Assembly (NCBI GenBank): GCA_040437565.1
Contig: JBDOQK010000003.1
Coordinates: 62,001 to 126,000 of the forward strand
DNA: 64,000 nt
Source of the DNA: Albugo candida
Lineage: Eukaryota
Reading direction: 5' to 3'
Part shown: piece after piece, positions 1 through 12,854 of the stretch
Layout of the letters: every line of letters starts with the position of its first letter
Numbering within the stretch: position 1 is the first letter of the stretch
The notes under the pieces: generated by a model
What the model was told of the DNA's origin: nothing
Database searches by the model: none
What the model saw: only the letters and a program-made list of their open reading frames with translations
Made by a program: the position numbers and the translations under genes

Positions 1-279
1 ACCAATGATCAGCTTGTGAAGTACATCGCTGATGTATGCACGAGGTCATCGCGAAACCTGCCTAAAATTGTCATCTTTCTCTGTGGTTTTGATACTATAT
101 AACTTCTTCGCTCTTGACGATTACGCATAAGTATTGGATTCGCTTTATGCAAACCTATCTTCGCTTTCAAGCGCGTCTTGGCGTTCTCAAGATCAATTGA
201 ATTTCGCATTTTCTCGCTCCAAGAAGCCTTATGCTAAATGTAACAACCTCCATTGTACATGCATGCATAGTTTTATATA

Positions 280-1676
280 TAGTGCACGACACCTACAACC
301 GACATTCCCATATTTTTGCGGCCAAATTTCCAAAAATCTATTTCATGCAGAGTATACTTCTAACTTGGTAAAAACCTGTTTTGTGAACCAATCACGTGAC
401 AAATACCTGCTTTGTGAACCAATCGGAATCCGAAATTAATATGTAACGCGAAACTATAGGGTGGACACCTATCTAGATATATATGTAGANNNNNNNNNNN
501 NNNNNNNNNNNNNNNNNNNNNNNNNNNNNNNNNNNNNNNNNNNNNNNNNNNNNNNNNNNNNNNNNNNNNNNNNNNNNNNNNNNNNNNNNGTGATGCACTT
601 GTTGCAAAGAGAATGAACCTTGGCCCTGGTGGAAAACAACCAAAAATGAGGAATGATTTAAATAAATCATCCCCGGAGTTACTGTAAACAATTAATTAAT
701 ATGTGCTTTCTCAAGGCCAACGACTTATGGAGACAATGTGCCTTAGCATGGTTTATTCAGACGATTATGAGAATGAGGAACTACGTGGTAAACCAAAGGG
801 AATCAAGGCTGTTTTAAGCGAACGTGGTCTTTGGCAACCTGGCTTATGTTTGGTTTGCTGAAGTGATGTCAGATGCTCCGATATTCTTTCTTGCTGCGCT
901 CGCACTATCATGTCCCGACAGCCAGGTTTTGTGGCCCAGCGTGGATTACTTGAGGAGGTGATTACAGCAGCTGGGCATAAAGTTATATCTTACCCCAAAT
1001 TTCATTGCGAGTTGAACTACGTTGAGAACTTTTGGGGCGCCGCAAAGCAGTACACACGGAAGCACTGCAATTACTCCTGGGCTGGCTTGCAAGAAACTGT
1101 CCCCTCTGCCATGTCCTCAATCAGCTTTACAACAATTCGCCGATTTGCATGCAAGACACAGCGGTACATGGATGTCTACCGTAAGATTCTCAGTGGAAAA
1201 GCTGCCGAATATGCAGTGAAGAAGTACCGTTCACACCGTCGCATTCCAGCCTCTGTTCTTATGAACGTTAATGCACTTCTAAACTAGATTAGAGATATAC
1301 ACATAACCAACAAAGAAAATATGTAAGTCTATATCAGATTTCTAACACACTATCTATTTTCAAATGGTCCTTTCTAATTAGCTAAAACAATTATCTATTT
1401 TTAGGTGGTCCTTTCTAATTGGTTAAAAAAGTATCTATTTTTAGATGTCCGGCCAAATTTCCAAAGCTCCATACATAACCACGAAAATTTGCCGAACTTC
1501 AAAGGCTTCTAACTTCATCAAAAATAAATTTTGCAAAAATCCGACTCTATTGCCAGATAGCCACGGCAATGTACTTTTAAGGTATAGAGAGATATTTTTG
1601 TTCAAGTGTGTAATTGAGTGTCCCAAAAACATTTTGCGCACCGGGTGGAGGTGCTGGTTATAGGTGTCGTGCACTG
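280..1676 (+). mobile_element. Tc1/mariner-superfamily DNA transposon (contains an assembly gap)
   Basis: 21 bp TIRs: tagtgcacgacacctacaacc (280-300) versus the reverse complement of 1656-1676, cagtgcacgacacctataacc (19/21). TA on both sides (278-279, 1677-1678). Transposase remnant inside. Confidence 0.9.
590..1287 (+). pseudogene. DDE transposase C-terminal remnant
   Basis: KPKGIKAVLSERGLW and YPKFHCELNYVENFWG motifs typical of Tc1-like DDE_3 transposases; in-frame stop near 859. Confidence 0.85.
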
Positions 1677-1986
1677 TAGTTGGAGAACTGGACTAGCCAA
1701 TCAGATAGCTGAACCAGGATTCTTTAATTAAAAATCTTACTTTCCATTTTTTAGCAAATAGAGCTCCACCAGCAAATATCTTCCTTTGCTTCCACCCCCT
1801 TCCTCCTGCCGGCGTTACAACTGGGGCACTTGTTGGTCGTATAACTCAAAGGTCGTTGGGTGGTCGTACGGAAGGAGTTGATCTTACGCACCGTTTAGCG
1901 TCACGACATTGGGAAAACCGCTTGCCATGAGTTTGTTGTTTGTTCCGGTCTGTTTGGTTGGACTTTTTTTTTGTCTTTTTGGTTAT

Positions 1987-2947
1987 GATGACGTCATTGA
2001 ACCCTCAAGGATGGTCCCCCGACGCCATCACGAAAACATCGGTCGCATTAGTCGAAAAACAACAGCAATTGCTTGAAGCTATGACCAAGCGTGAAAATAA
2101 AGTTGAAGGGATCAGCTTACCTCAATTCCATGGTAAAATAGGCGAGTCTGTGGATCTGTACTTTGAGAAACTGGCTCAGTACTTCGAAATAAAGAATATC
2201 GACTGGCGCGATGTCAGTCGAAGCGCTCGTATTGTGGCAATCACGACCGCCAATTTCAACGAGAATGCCGCAGCTTGGTACAAGTTGAACAAGCCATATA
2301 TCAAAGACATACAAAGACCTCATCGTTCAAGTAAATGAAGAGTTTGTCCCCCTGATCTGCAAGAACGCTTTCGCAATCAACTGTACGCATTCAAACAGAG
2401 AAATTGTCCAAACCTGGAAGTTTATATTTCATGTTTCCGTGAAGCTATCATGCAAGTTACGGAAAGGAGCGAGTTGGATAAAATTACCTCCTTTACGCGA
2501 GGACTAGTGAGTCCCACACGGGAAGAAGTGCAATACCGCCGGTGTGCCTCAGTTTCACAAGCCATGAAGATTGCATTGGAGTATGATCGATCTCATCGTG
2601 TCCGCGGGAAGAACTACCGTTTACCGGTATACTCACAAGACCAATCACGTGCAACTTTCAATCAACATTATCACCATCAACAACCTGCATCACCGGACGT
2701 GCAAGAGAGTGACCCGGAAGCAATGAAGATTGAATCAGGGTTTCCCAAACATCGCCGCTCTTCATCAACATCATCTTCTTCTTTGAAGAAATGTCGCTAC
2801 TGTAAGAAGCCCGGTCACGTCATCGAACACCGTTACAAGCTGAAGAATAAGGAGAAGCAAGCTCATAGCGCTCGACATGAGACAAGCGTCTGTAAGCTTC
2901 AATGCTTCCACGTTTCCAATAGCGACTTACTCGTTACCTTCTATTAA
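1987..2947 (+). pseudogene. Gypsy gag (frameshifted)
   Basis: LPQFHG...AAAWY retrotransposon gag segment; degenerate zinc knuckle CRYCKKPGHVIEHRY. Confidence 0.85.
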
Positions 2948-2949
2948 AA

Positions 2950-5900
2950 GTTCCGGGAACGAAGTGGAAATTGTCGAGATGGAAGAGATTTCGACGTCGA
3001 CTATGGATCCGGTGCATCCAGAGAATGAACTTATTCGTAAACAAGGAATTTTTGATGGAGCACCTGTCACTATTATGTTTTATAGCGGTGCAACCTGTAA
3101 TGTTTTCGTCTCGGGCTGATGAAGAAACCGATACAAGCTTGTGTCTCTCAATAAAAAGGGCGCTGCGACTATCGTATTTGATCTATACAGATTTCGCAAT
3201 TTACAAGTCTTGGAATGGCCACTGGGTTGTGCTCATGACGTCATCTTGGGAAAACCATGGTTTGCCAGGTTTCAACCTCAGCTTGATTGGCGTTCTCATG
3301 AAATTTCATTTCCACATCAGTGCGTGCCTTCGGCATGCACTACTAGGATAAAAGCAATGAAATCAATATGAAAATTGCTGTAGTTGACTTCAAACGGAAA
3401 TTCAAGAAGCATGAGTACGAGGAAGTGTATAGCGTAAAGATCTGCGCTGTTATGACGGAGAGTAATACAATACCTCAATCAATACTACTCTGTTGAAAGA
3501 GTTCAAAGATGTCTTTCCAGAGACACTTCAGAATGGACTTCCACCTTCACGTCGTGTGGATTTTGATCTTATCATGAAACCGGATGCTGTACCTAGCAAC
3601 CGTGCACCTTTCGCCTATCTAAAGTCGAACAAGATGCACTTGACATGTTTTTCGCGGAAAGGCTCAAGATAGGTTGGATCGAGATTTCTGACTCTCCATG
3701 GGTATCGAATATATTTGGTGTGCCTAAGATAGACCCCATTCCTGGTCAAAACATATCATGATCCGAGTTGGTACGCTCGGACAACGCACATCTACCTCTT
3801 CGATGGGTCATTGATTACCGTTACGTCAATTCGCAGACGACAATTCCGAAGATACCCCTTTCGCGCATCGACGAACTCTTTTATCAGATGTGTGGTTGTG
3901 TCATCTTTTCAGTTCTGGATCTGACCCAAGGCTATCATCAAATGCGGATCGCATTCAAAAGCCGCAAGTATACCGTCTATCGCACACATACCGAAACCTA
4001 TCAGTGGTGCGTAGCTTCTATGGGATTAGCTGGTATGCATGGTGTTTGGTCTCGTCTCATGCGAGTACTTTTTGCGAAATACAACTTCATTGTTGTCTAT
4101 CTAGATGACATTTGTGTGTTCTCCACTAGTCTGGACGAACACGTTGGACATCTTCGCATTCTGTTTGGAGTTCTTCGGTGTGAGAAGNNNNNNNNNNNNN
4201 NNNNNNNNNNNNNNNNNNNNNNNNNNNNNNNNNNNNNNNNNNNNNNNNNNNNNNNNNNNNNNNNNNNNNNNNNNNNNNNNNNNNNNNACAACTTCATTGT
4301 TGTCTATCTAGATGACATTTGTGTGTTCTCCACTAGTCTGGACGAACACGTTGGACATCTTCGCATTCTGTTTGGAGTTCTTCGGTGTGAGAAGATATTC
4401 TGCAATCAATCCAAATGTCATTTTGGCCAGTCAGAAGTGAAGTTTTTAGGTTATACAATTTCGGCTAAGGGACTTACAGTGGATACTCGGAAGACAGAAG
4501 CTATTGCGAAGTGGTCGACTCCTACAAACCAGAAAAACTATTAAGTTTCTTGGGTTTGGATGGTTACTACCGTCGGTGCATTCGTGACTACGCAACTCTT
4601 GCGTTACCACTTGGCCCTCTTGTCAAGAAAGAACATGTTTGGGAATAGAAGGATGGCCAGACTCATGCGTTTGAGCAACTCAAGGTCGCTCTTCAAGACG
4701 CACCTGTGTTGAAATTACCAGATCATGCTAAACGATTCATTGTGACAACGGACGCCTCTGGTTATTGTGTTGATGGTGTTCTTTCTCAGCTTCATTCTGG
4801 TGGCGATCATCCCATTGCATTCTTTTCCAAGAAGCAAGGGATTCATGAGCTTGATTGGCCGACAAATGAAAAAGAACTTTTAGCAATCAAGCTTGCGTTG
4901 GAAAAGTGGCGTCATTACCTTCATGGTCGTGAATTTGACATCTACACTAACAACACGGCATGCAAATGGTTTCTGCATCATTCGAAAGTTTCGCCAAAGC
5001 TGTCTCGATATTTGACATTCTTTTCGAAATTTACATTCAAGCTGCATCACGTTCAAGGTCATTTGAATGTGGTAGCCGATGCTTTATCACGTCAAGGTTC
5101 CGAATTGTCAACGGCACGGGATGCTATTAGCGACTTTAATGTTGGTGATTTGACGCTTGCTAATGGAGATATACATGGAAAACCCAGTACATTGCGTTTC
5201 ATAAGCGCTACCGAGCCTTCTCCTGGAACTGTTAATGTGACACAAGAATCTCATAATTGGAGCTCGCTTGGTTGGTCAAATTCGGTTTGTAAGGAATTTG
5301 CGAGTGGATATCGTACTTGTCCAGATAATGCCAAACACTTCAAACGTCCAGACTCACTATATGTAAAACACGAAGGTTTGCTTTACTTCAAGTCACAAAT
5401 GATGATGCGTGTGTGTGTACTAATCACACGAGATAATTATCTTCGAACTTCTATCATCTCATGCTTTTATGACTCCAACATTGCCGCACATCCTGGTGCT
5501 AAACGAACATTTTTACGCATCGCTCAATGGTATTATTGGCCTACATTGAAGCAACACGTTCGAGATTACGTACGGAGTTGTGAAACATGCACTCGCTGGA
5601 AACACAGCAACACTTGGAAGAATAAAAAATTATTCCAATCCCGATTCCGGAAGAATTTTGGTTAGTTATCTCCATGGATTTCATTACGGAATTACCGAAA
5701 TCAAACGGATTTGATGCTATCATGGCAGCTGTCGACAAATTGTCTAAACGGTCAAAATATCGGGCGTGCAATCGCAATGACGATGCCCATGTGACAGCGT
5801 GTCATTTCTTTGATTGTATCGTTCGTCATCATGGTCAACCATGGGTTCTTATCAGCGATCGAGATTCCAAGTTTGTTTCGAAGCTTTGGTCCTCTCTTGC

Positions 5901-6727
5901 TAAGTTGATGGGAATTCGTCTGCATATGACAACTTCATATCGGGCACAGGCCGACGGACAAAAGGAGCGTCAAAATCTGATTTTGAAAGACGCTCTACGC
6001 TGTATGATTTCGAATCATGGACGTGATTGGTCCGATTATTTAGGGACAATTGAATATGCTCATTCCAATCTCGTCAGTGCATCAACTGTTATGTCACCTT
6101 TCGAAATTGATACTGCTCTCGAGGAACGCAATCCGTTGAATCCGCCAAGTTCTCCTAGCGTCACAACTCAAGTGCAAGATTGAATCGCTGAGTATGCAAA
6201 CATTTTCAAAACCGTCGTCAAGAATCATTGATCTAGCTACAAAACATTTGCTTCAAGCTCAGGATCGTCAAAAGAAGTACTACGAAAAAAAACGCACTGA
6301 GATTACTCTTGAAATTAAAGATTTGGTCATGTTGGATACTCGTCGCATTTTTCGTGCGAAACATGTGACACAAGACATTGATGGAAAACGCGCCAAATTA
6401 GCTTCTCGCAAAGTTGGACCAATTCAAATTTTTAAAATGGTCAACTTGAATGTTGCGCAATTGAAGCTCCCGTGGAGTATGAGTCGATTGAACTCTACTT
6501 TCAATATTGACGTGCTGAGTCACTATGTGGGAAATCTACCGCGAAATCAAACTCGCCCGATTCCGAAATCATCCCGACTTATTTTTGACGAGTACAGTGG
6601 CGACATGATAGCACATCATAGAACAGCTTCTTTAAAAGCGTCAATTTAATCGTAAACCTGAATGGCTCATGAAATGGCATGGATTACTCGAGCACGAAGC
6701 TACATGGGAGCGGGAGCAAGATATATA
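2950..6727 (+). pseudogene. Gypsy pol: protease, RT, RNase H, integrase, chromodomain (disrupted)
   Basis: Protease YSGAT/ILGKPW; RT VIDYR, LDLTQGYHQ, YLDD; RNase H TDASG, ADALSR; integrase HPG..CETC, MDFITELP, SDRD, QADGQKER; chromodomain EWLMKWHG..EATWERE at ~6650-6727. Confidence 0.92.
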
Positions 6728-6756
6728 GCGACAACGAGAAGTCAATTCCGGAAGGA

Positions 6757-6939
6757 TGTAACAACCTCCATTGTACATGCATGCATAATTCTATATGATT
6801 GGAGAAATGGATTAGCCAATCATATGGGTGAACCAGGATTCTTTAATTAAAAATCTTACTTTCCATTTTCTTATCAAATAGAGCTCCGCCAGCAAATATC
6901 TTCCTTTGCTTCCTCTCCCTTCCTCCTGCCGGCGTTACA
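6757..6939 (+). repeat. 3' LTR
   Basis: TGTAAC...GTTACA, 183 bp, colinear with the reconstructed 5' LTR. Confidence 0.95.
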
Positions 6940-7849
6940 CCAAACGATCCTTGAAGGTGTAAGTTTTATGATTGAAGTACCTCAAATGATATTGAAGTGG
7001 GACTTGATCCTTTATAAACTTTTGCTGACAGTGTATCATTTTCAAGTATTCCTAGCAGCCTACTTTCACCAGATTTTCGGTCGAAATAAAATGCATTACT
7101 CGGTAAAGCCATTCATTCATTATCTTGCTCAATAGCCGTCCTATTTGTTTCATATCATATAGACGCGTCTGCAATCGCATGAGCACCTGTGTATGCACAG
7201 CCACCAAGCTCTTGAGCCTTGATTAGCTATATTTCTATTCCTTGAGGCGTCTCGAAGTATTCTATATATATACTCTATCATGCCTTTCTGTAATAGCTTA
7301 GGTCCTTGCTTGTGTCGTAATGAGCCTCGTCGTCACTTGGTCTTGGCTTCTCTAAGCGTCATTCTCAAGCTCTTACTCGTTACCATAGAATGCTATTGTG
7401 CCTTGTAGCATTCCAAGTTGTCACCTACATTCATCTTTCATGCATGAATCTCACCTTGCATGAATGTGTATTGTCATAAGTAAGAAGGATAGAATTCTAC
7501 CACATGGAGGTCACGTTTCCGTCTTTCTTCCCCTTCCATTCATCATGCTTAATTAACTCCATTGCTTGATGATTTGCTTCTTAACCCGACTAAAGCTATG
7601 ACTAGTATGGTTTTCCGAGCCGATATCTCCTTCCATTATATCTGATATACATCTTTCTAATGGAATTTCTTTCAATCGACTTATTGAAGCTCTTACATCA
7701 TCCGATATAACTCGTGTTAAATGCATAGCGCTAGTTGATGGATCAGGCTGATGACATGCTACTGTATAGAAAAGCTCAATAATGACAGTGCTGTTTGTTG
7801 CGCACATTGATCGGTTTGGTACCGTTTACATATCTAGTTAGGATCCGGT

Positions 7850-9225
7850 TACGCTTCTTACGGATCGGGTTAGGAACTGGGCAGATATCTTTCTAGATAT
7901 CGGTGGAACCACGGTCATCCTGAATCGCATCCGTACAAAAGTGGATAAGTGGCTGTCGCCTAACCAGATTCGAGTCGTTCGCAGTACAGCTGATGCAGTC
8001 TGGGTCCGCAGGTGGATATAGCTCTAACACATCGCTTCCAGAACAATATGTACATTCTAGGTATGGATCTCACCAAAGCTTTTGACACCATCGATCGTCA
8101 TCGATTACTGATAGTTATTGACTCGACTTTGGATAAAGATACAGACAAGGTCCAGTCGATAAAAGCTCTCCTCAGCGTCACGACACCTCCAACTACGCCT
8201 TGGTATCAAATGCTTCTCAACATTCGCAAGTAGTCATAGTATACCTCGAGGAGAAGCGCACTCCCCGCTTTTGTTCGTGGTCTACTTGGAAGCGATACTA
8301 CGGGACTTACGCCTGTACCTGAAGTCTTCAATGCCCGAGCTCAGTACCATTGTGTGTTTGCCGATGTTGTCTATTTCAATCACCATGATCCTTCTCGTCT
8401 CAAGCATATCCATCCTTCTTGTTGCGGAGCGAGTATTCCGGACATGGTCTCTGACCATCATGGTGATAAAGACTGAGCGAACGACTATTGCTCGTGCACC
8501 GAACACGATTGACGAAAGTTGGCGTACCGTTCGCAAACTGGGATCACTACTTGGCGACTCCGAAGACATACAGTAGCGTAAAGCTCATGCAACGGATGCC
8601 TTTATAAGGTTTTGGAAATATGGATTCATCCTCACCTACTTCCAGAAACACTACACGTTCGCTTATAAAATGTCTATATGTTACCGAATCTGATGTACAA
8701 CTGTGGAACGTGGGGTCTTACACCACGACATTCGCAGTCTGAAGCGTATCACCGTCGTCACCTTCGCCACGACCTCCGCATTCACTGCCCCCAGCACATC
8801 AGCAACGCGGATCTGTACAAGCGTTGTAACACCAAACCGCTGCGGATCCACCTGACGAGGTCTCGATGGATACTCTTTGGTCATATTCTTCGCCGCGCAT
8901 AGCCTATACCAGCTCAGTTAAACATTCTCCGATACCATGGTTCTGCTAATAACATTCCCACCTATTAGGGCCGTACACCTACCTGCCCCTCAGCCATTCT
9001 CGACAAGGATCTACGGTTCGACGTAACTTTCAGTCTACGTCTCCGCAATACAGGAGATCTATACGTTCTGTCAATTATAGCACAAGACCGCGCCATATGG
9101 AAAGAACTTACTCAGCGTCTCTGCAATAGCCAGGAAGTAATTTACCGGAAGAAAGAATTAGTCAGGCGTAAGCGAAAGCTAGAGTCCTATCATACGGACT
9201 TGATGCCGCCGCGAAAACGCTCATA
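7850..9225 (+). mobile_element. 5'-truncated decayed non-LTR (LINE, RTE-like) retrotransposon
   Basis: RT motifs MDLTKAFDTIDR, SPLLFVVYLE, RKLGSLL; RTE-like C-terminal LPNLMYNCGTW and RWILFGHILRR; multiple frameshifts. Confidence 0.85.
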
Positions 9226-9439
9226 ATGAATAATAATGTCGGTGCAAGGATCTTTCTGGATTTTCGTACGGAGAGAACTTGATCCGAAAAAGCACGTCCT
9301 TTACGTCGGAACAGGAACAGATCAAGCAATCGAAGAAGCTGTCGTCTGGATATCTTTGTGGGAGATTTGTTGAAAACAAATCAACAATGAAGAAAGAAAA
9401 AGAATGGATGGTGTGATAAATCTGACGATTATATAAGGC

Positions 9440-9950
9440 GCTATTCTCTCAATGTACTAATAGAAAACCCCTGTCGATGTGCACTTTTATCATCCCCATT
9501 CTTATGAATCCTGGTCGCTATTTTGCGCTTCGAAACCCCTTCAACCCAATCTTGTCATCAAAATGCTTCCGACCACAAAAGATTCCAAGCAACAGCATGT
9601 TCAAGGCGCGTTCTTAAATTGTCACTTCGGCAAAGTAAAAACATTTTCTCTCTCAATGAAACCGGCATAGATTTTTTAAACAAGACAGCTTGGTCACACC
9701 AAAATTTAAGGAAATCGCGAACGCTTCGTATCCCCATGACTCATCAATCGTGTCCATCTGAAACGCTGAACATTGGTGATGTATCGATCTTCTCGTATGG
9801 ATGATTGTCCATGTTCCTCGACCTAAATCTGATAGAATCTGTGCAATCGATTGTCCAGTCATCATAAAAGTAATTACATCTCAACAAAAGCAATGTGATT
9901 GGTCTGTAGTCCCTTAAATCGGCCCAACATCGCTCTTGTATCATCATATT
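9440..9950 (-). mobile_element. Second LINE RT remnant, opposite orientation
   Basis: DLRDYRPITLL matches the LINE RT N-terminal NYRPISLL motif; the rest is degenerate. Confidence 0.55.
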
Positions 9951-10717
9951 CGATTATAAAATCATTATTCAGAAGGGTCCTAAAACACCTCTTCATGTTT
10001 TACAGGAGCTCAGCATACAACATTACATGGAAACTGCAAGGACTCTAACAATCGCTATCAAAATAAGGCATCTAATTCTGTAGGACTTCCGCTCTGCTGC
10101 AATAATGCTTACAGCAGCTACTCATGTCGGGTTGAGAATGCGAGTTACTTTTTTTCATTCGCATCCGCAATGCAGGTCAATATCTCTCCAGAAAGGTGTT
10201 TCGACTTGATTTTGAGGATCTCAGCAGTGGTGCTTTATCTAGATGACATTACTTAATACTTGGAGCAATGAGAATAGACAATTGCTCCAAAATACTTTTT
10301 TCGGATGGGGGAATAACAGACAGCTTCCCTGAGAAGCTCGTTTAAGAAGAAAAGATACGCATTTTGTTTATGATTGCTCCGACTTTAACCAATGTCAGCA
10401 ATCTTCAATCTATTTCCAATGCGTTTGTTTTACTTACGAATTATTGCAGAAATACGACACTTCTTTACAACCTGCCCATGGTGGGTGTAATATTACGTAT
10501 GGCAGACGTATGGCAGATCAGAACTACAGTGATATATGATTGGTAATTCCCTCATAGAATGTTGTCTAGAGGTGCCCAAAGCGTATATAAGTGAGCTCGG
10601 TGGACAACCTTATACACTTTTTGGTCATGGTTAGGTGTATATGAATATATCGATTGGAAGTGTGTACTCAATTTATAAAAAAAATTGAGTTCAAGTGAGC
10701 ACATGGTAGCTCACGCC

Positions 10718-12854
10718 ATGAGGGTCAGCATTACCCTTCTTATTCGCGTTACCTTATTTGTAAGGCTTCCAACATACGCATATCAGATTCAGGCGAGAAT
10801 ACCATATTGTTATAGGAGAATTTATAGCTGTCAAAGTTGTCTCCAGCGTTTTGTTTCACACGGTACCTTCACGTACGATATTATAATGGAACAAGTACTT
10901 CATCAGTCAGCTTGGAGATGATTGCCGAAATCAAAGATGATATTCCGTTGTCATATATTAAGGCAAGTTGTTTCGGTACTCTGAAAGCATGTTACCCTTC
11001 TATACGGGAGAACCGCGAGTCAGAATTTCAAGAAAAACGTGGATTTACTAGATTGAGCGAAAGAGGGACCAGTGACATGAGTGACAGCGCCTTAAAAAAA
11101 GTGCGATTATTTGGCGTGGATATGACCGCAAAAGAAGAAGTAGGAAGCGATAAAAAGATTCGAGTATCCACTCAAGGCCAACTCCTGAGCACTAATCTGA
11201 TACCGAGAAGTAATGATAATTGGAAGCAATCACCGCTGTGTAGTTCCTACATGAACGTATGTGAAGAGGTTCGCGTCTCACGTGAAGATTTTAATGGAGG
11301 AGCGGGTCATTATAGAGGTAACAATGCTTTGAATGAAGCTCTGCTTGCTGACACAACCTCGATAGGTGAGATTAATAAAGATGGAAGCAATTCACGGATG
11401 TATGAAACTTCGGTATCCACACAAGTAGAACGCAAGACGCATTGCTTACTTCTACAAGTAGATATGTGGGAGTTATGGATACATGCTTGCCTACAATGCC
11501 TCGTTCCTGGTAGCGAAGTTGCAAGATTTATGATATCAAAGGCAAGCACTGCTTCACATCGATGGGTGGTGCGCTATACGACTGCCGATGAACCCAATGC
11601 TACGATGGAGAAATGCAGTCAAATGTGTGGCGCTATTGGATGGGGATCTGAAGCTGATTGTCTTGTGGCCGAGCTCTACACTATGACTCAAGTCGACCCC
11701 GTTGCATATTCTGGTGGATGGGAGGATTTTAGTTATACTGAATCAGTTGTGGAATACTCTTCAGACCGTAAGAATCTCTGCTTTTCATATATTCGCTCCG
11801 CCGTCAGCCCATCCGTTATACACACTGAGAGTAGAGGAACTTGTTCAGTATTCACTACCATACCTCTTTCTCAGTCAGCTTATACAGATATATTTGATCC
11901 AAGGAGCGGTGTTTGCAAGATCATTAGAATGAAAATAAGCATGAATTCGCCTAATTTCTTATTGCTGTCGTCGGCTAGACAAGGAACCGGCACGAGCATT
12001 CTGCAAGATGAATGGACAACTCCGTATAATTGCATCCACTATACGGCATTCCCACTAAAATATGAAATGCGCCCGAGGAGCTGGAAAAAGAATTGAGCAG
12101 GAATGATGTGTACTTCTCAAATTGCCTGTATTGTTTGCTGCAGAAGATTAGCGCTACCTATCCGTATACTTCTGTACATTCCTTTCAACCAACTTCACAT
12201 TTCGATAGTCTTATATTTCTCAATAGAGCGATACATGTGCACGCAATGAGGATCAAGTGTCAACACGATTGTAAATGGGTCACAGGTCTTTCCGACACAA
12301 TGTGCGAATTCTTGAGCAGTATGGTCGGGACGAGACGAACAAGTGGTCCAGATGTCGCAAGGTCGACATCTTCAAAAGCAAGTACAAGTACGGAGACTTC
12401 CTTGTATTATGAAATCGCCGAGGGAAGATACAATTCGATGACAAACATTCGTGCTGCGGTCAAACGTCTTAGTGATGAGAGCTCCAATGACTTTGTCTGG
12501 TTTATACAATTTGAGATGGGAGAAAACAAAAAGGAAAAAGCATTGAAAGACTTGATACTTTGCATTGCAGCAGTGAGTAGCGTTTACGTTTTGTCAACAA
12601 AATCATGGTACATTCTCACGAGTCACTTCGATTACATACATGTTGATGCCTTGTGCGAATTACCCAGTGACATCAACGTCATCGCCTCTGAAAAACTGGA
12701 AATTGGGTTCAATCCACAACCTTTGAGGTTTTCCGTGATCACATCTACTTTGGGCTTCACCGAAAAGAAGCCTCTCCGTAATGTCATTCGGTCTAATTTC
12801 AAACGAGCGAGCTTTCTCTTGTCAGTGGTTACACAAAGTGGCAACGGTAATTAG
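10718..12854 (+). pseudogene. Frameshifted putative secreted Cys-modular (CCG/CHxC-like) effector, paralogue of 45719-47623
   Basis: Three consecutive ORF pieces (10718-10921, 10837-12096, 12093-12854) align in order with the intact 634 aa ORF: MRVS/MRIS start, CQSCLQRF/CRNCLERF, RLFGVDM, HACLQCL, VAELYTMT, FQPTSH, WVTGLSD, WFIQFE, CIAAVS.VYVLST.SWYILT. Frameshifts near 10885 and 12060. Confidence 0.8.

Larger units (their letters stand above)
239..1819 (+). repeat. 5' LTR, split into 239-279 and 1679-1819 by a DNA transposon
   Basis: 239-279 matches the start of the 3' LTR (tgtaacaacctccattgtacatgcatgcata); 1679-1819 matches the remainder up to ggcgttaca. Confidence 0.93.
239..6939 (+). mobile_element. 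Full-length but decayed Ty3/Gypsy LTR retrotransposon (chromovirus type)
   Basis: Two ~183 bp LTRs with TGTAAC...GTTACA ends. Flanks CTAAA (234-238) and CCAAA (6940-6944) form a 4/5 TSD. Internal order gag-PR-RT-RNaseH-IN-chromodomain, with many stops and frameshifts. Confidence 0.95.

Noticed and set aside
9-209. Short ORF at the Gypsy insertion site
   Set aside because: Could be a disrupted older element, but has no diagnostic motif.
4081-4394. RT with doubled YLDD motif
   Set aside because: Gap-flank duplication artefact.
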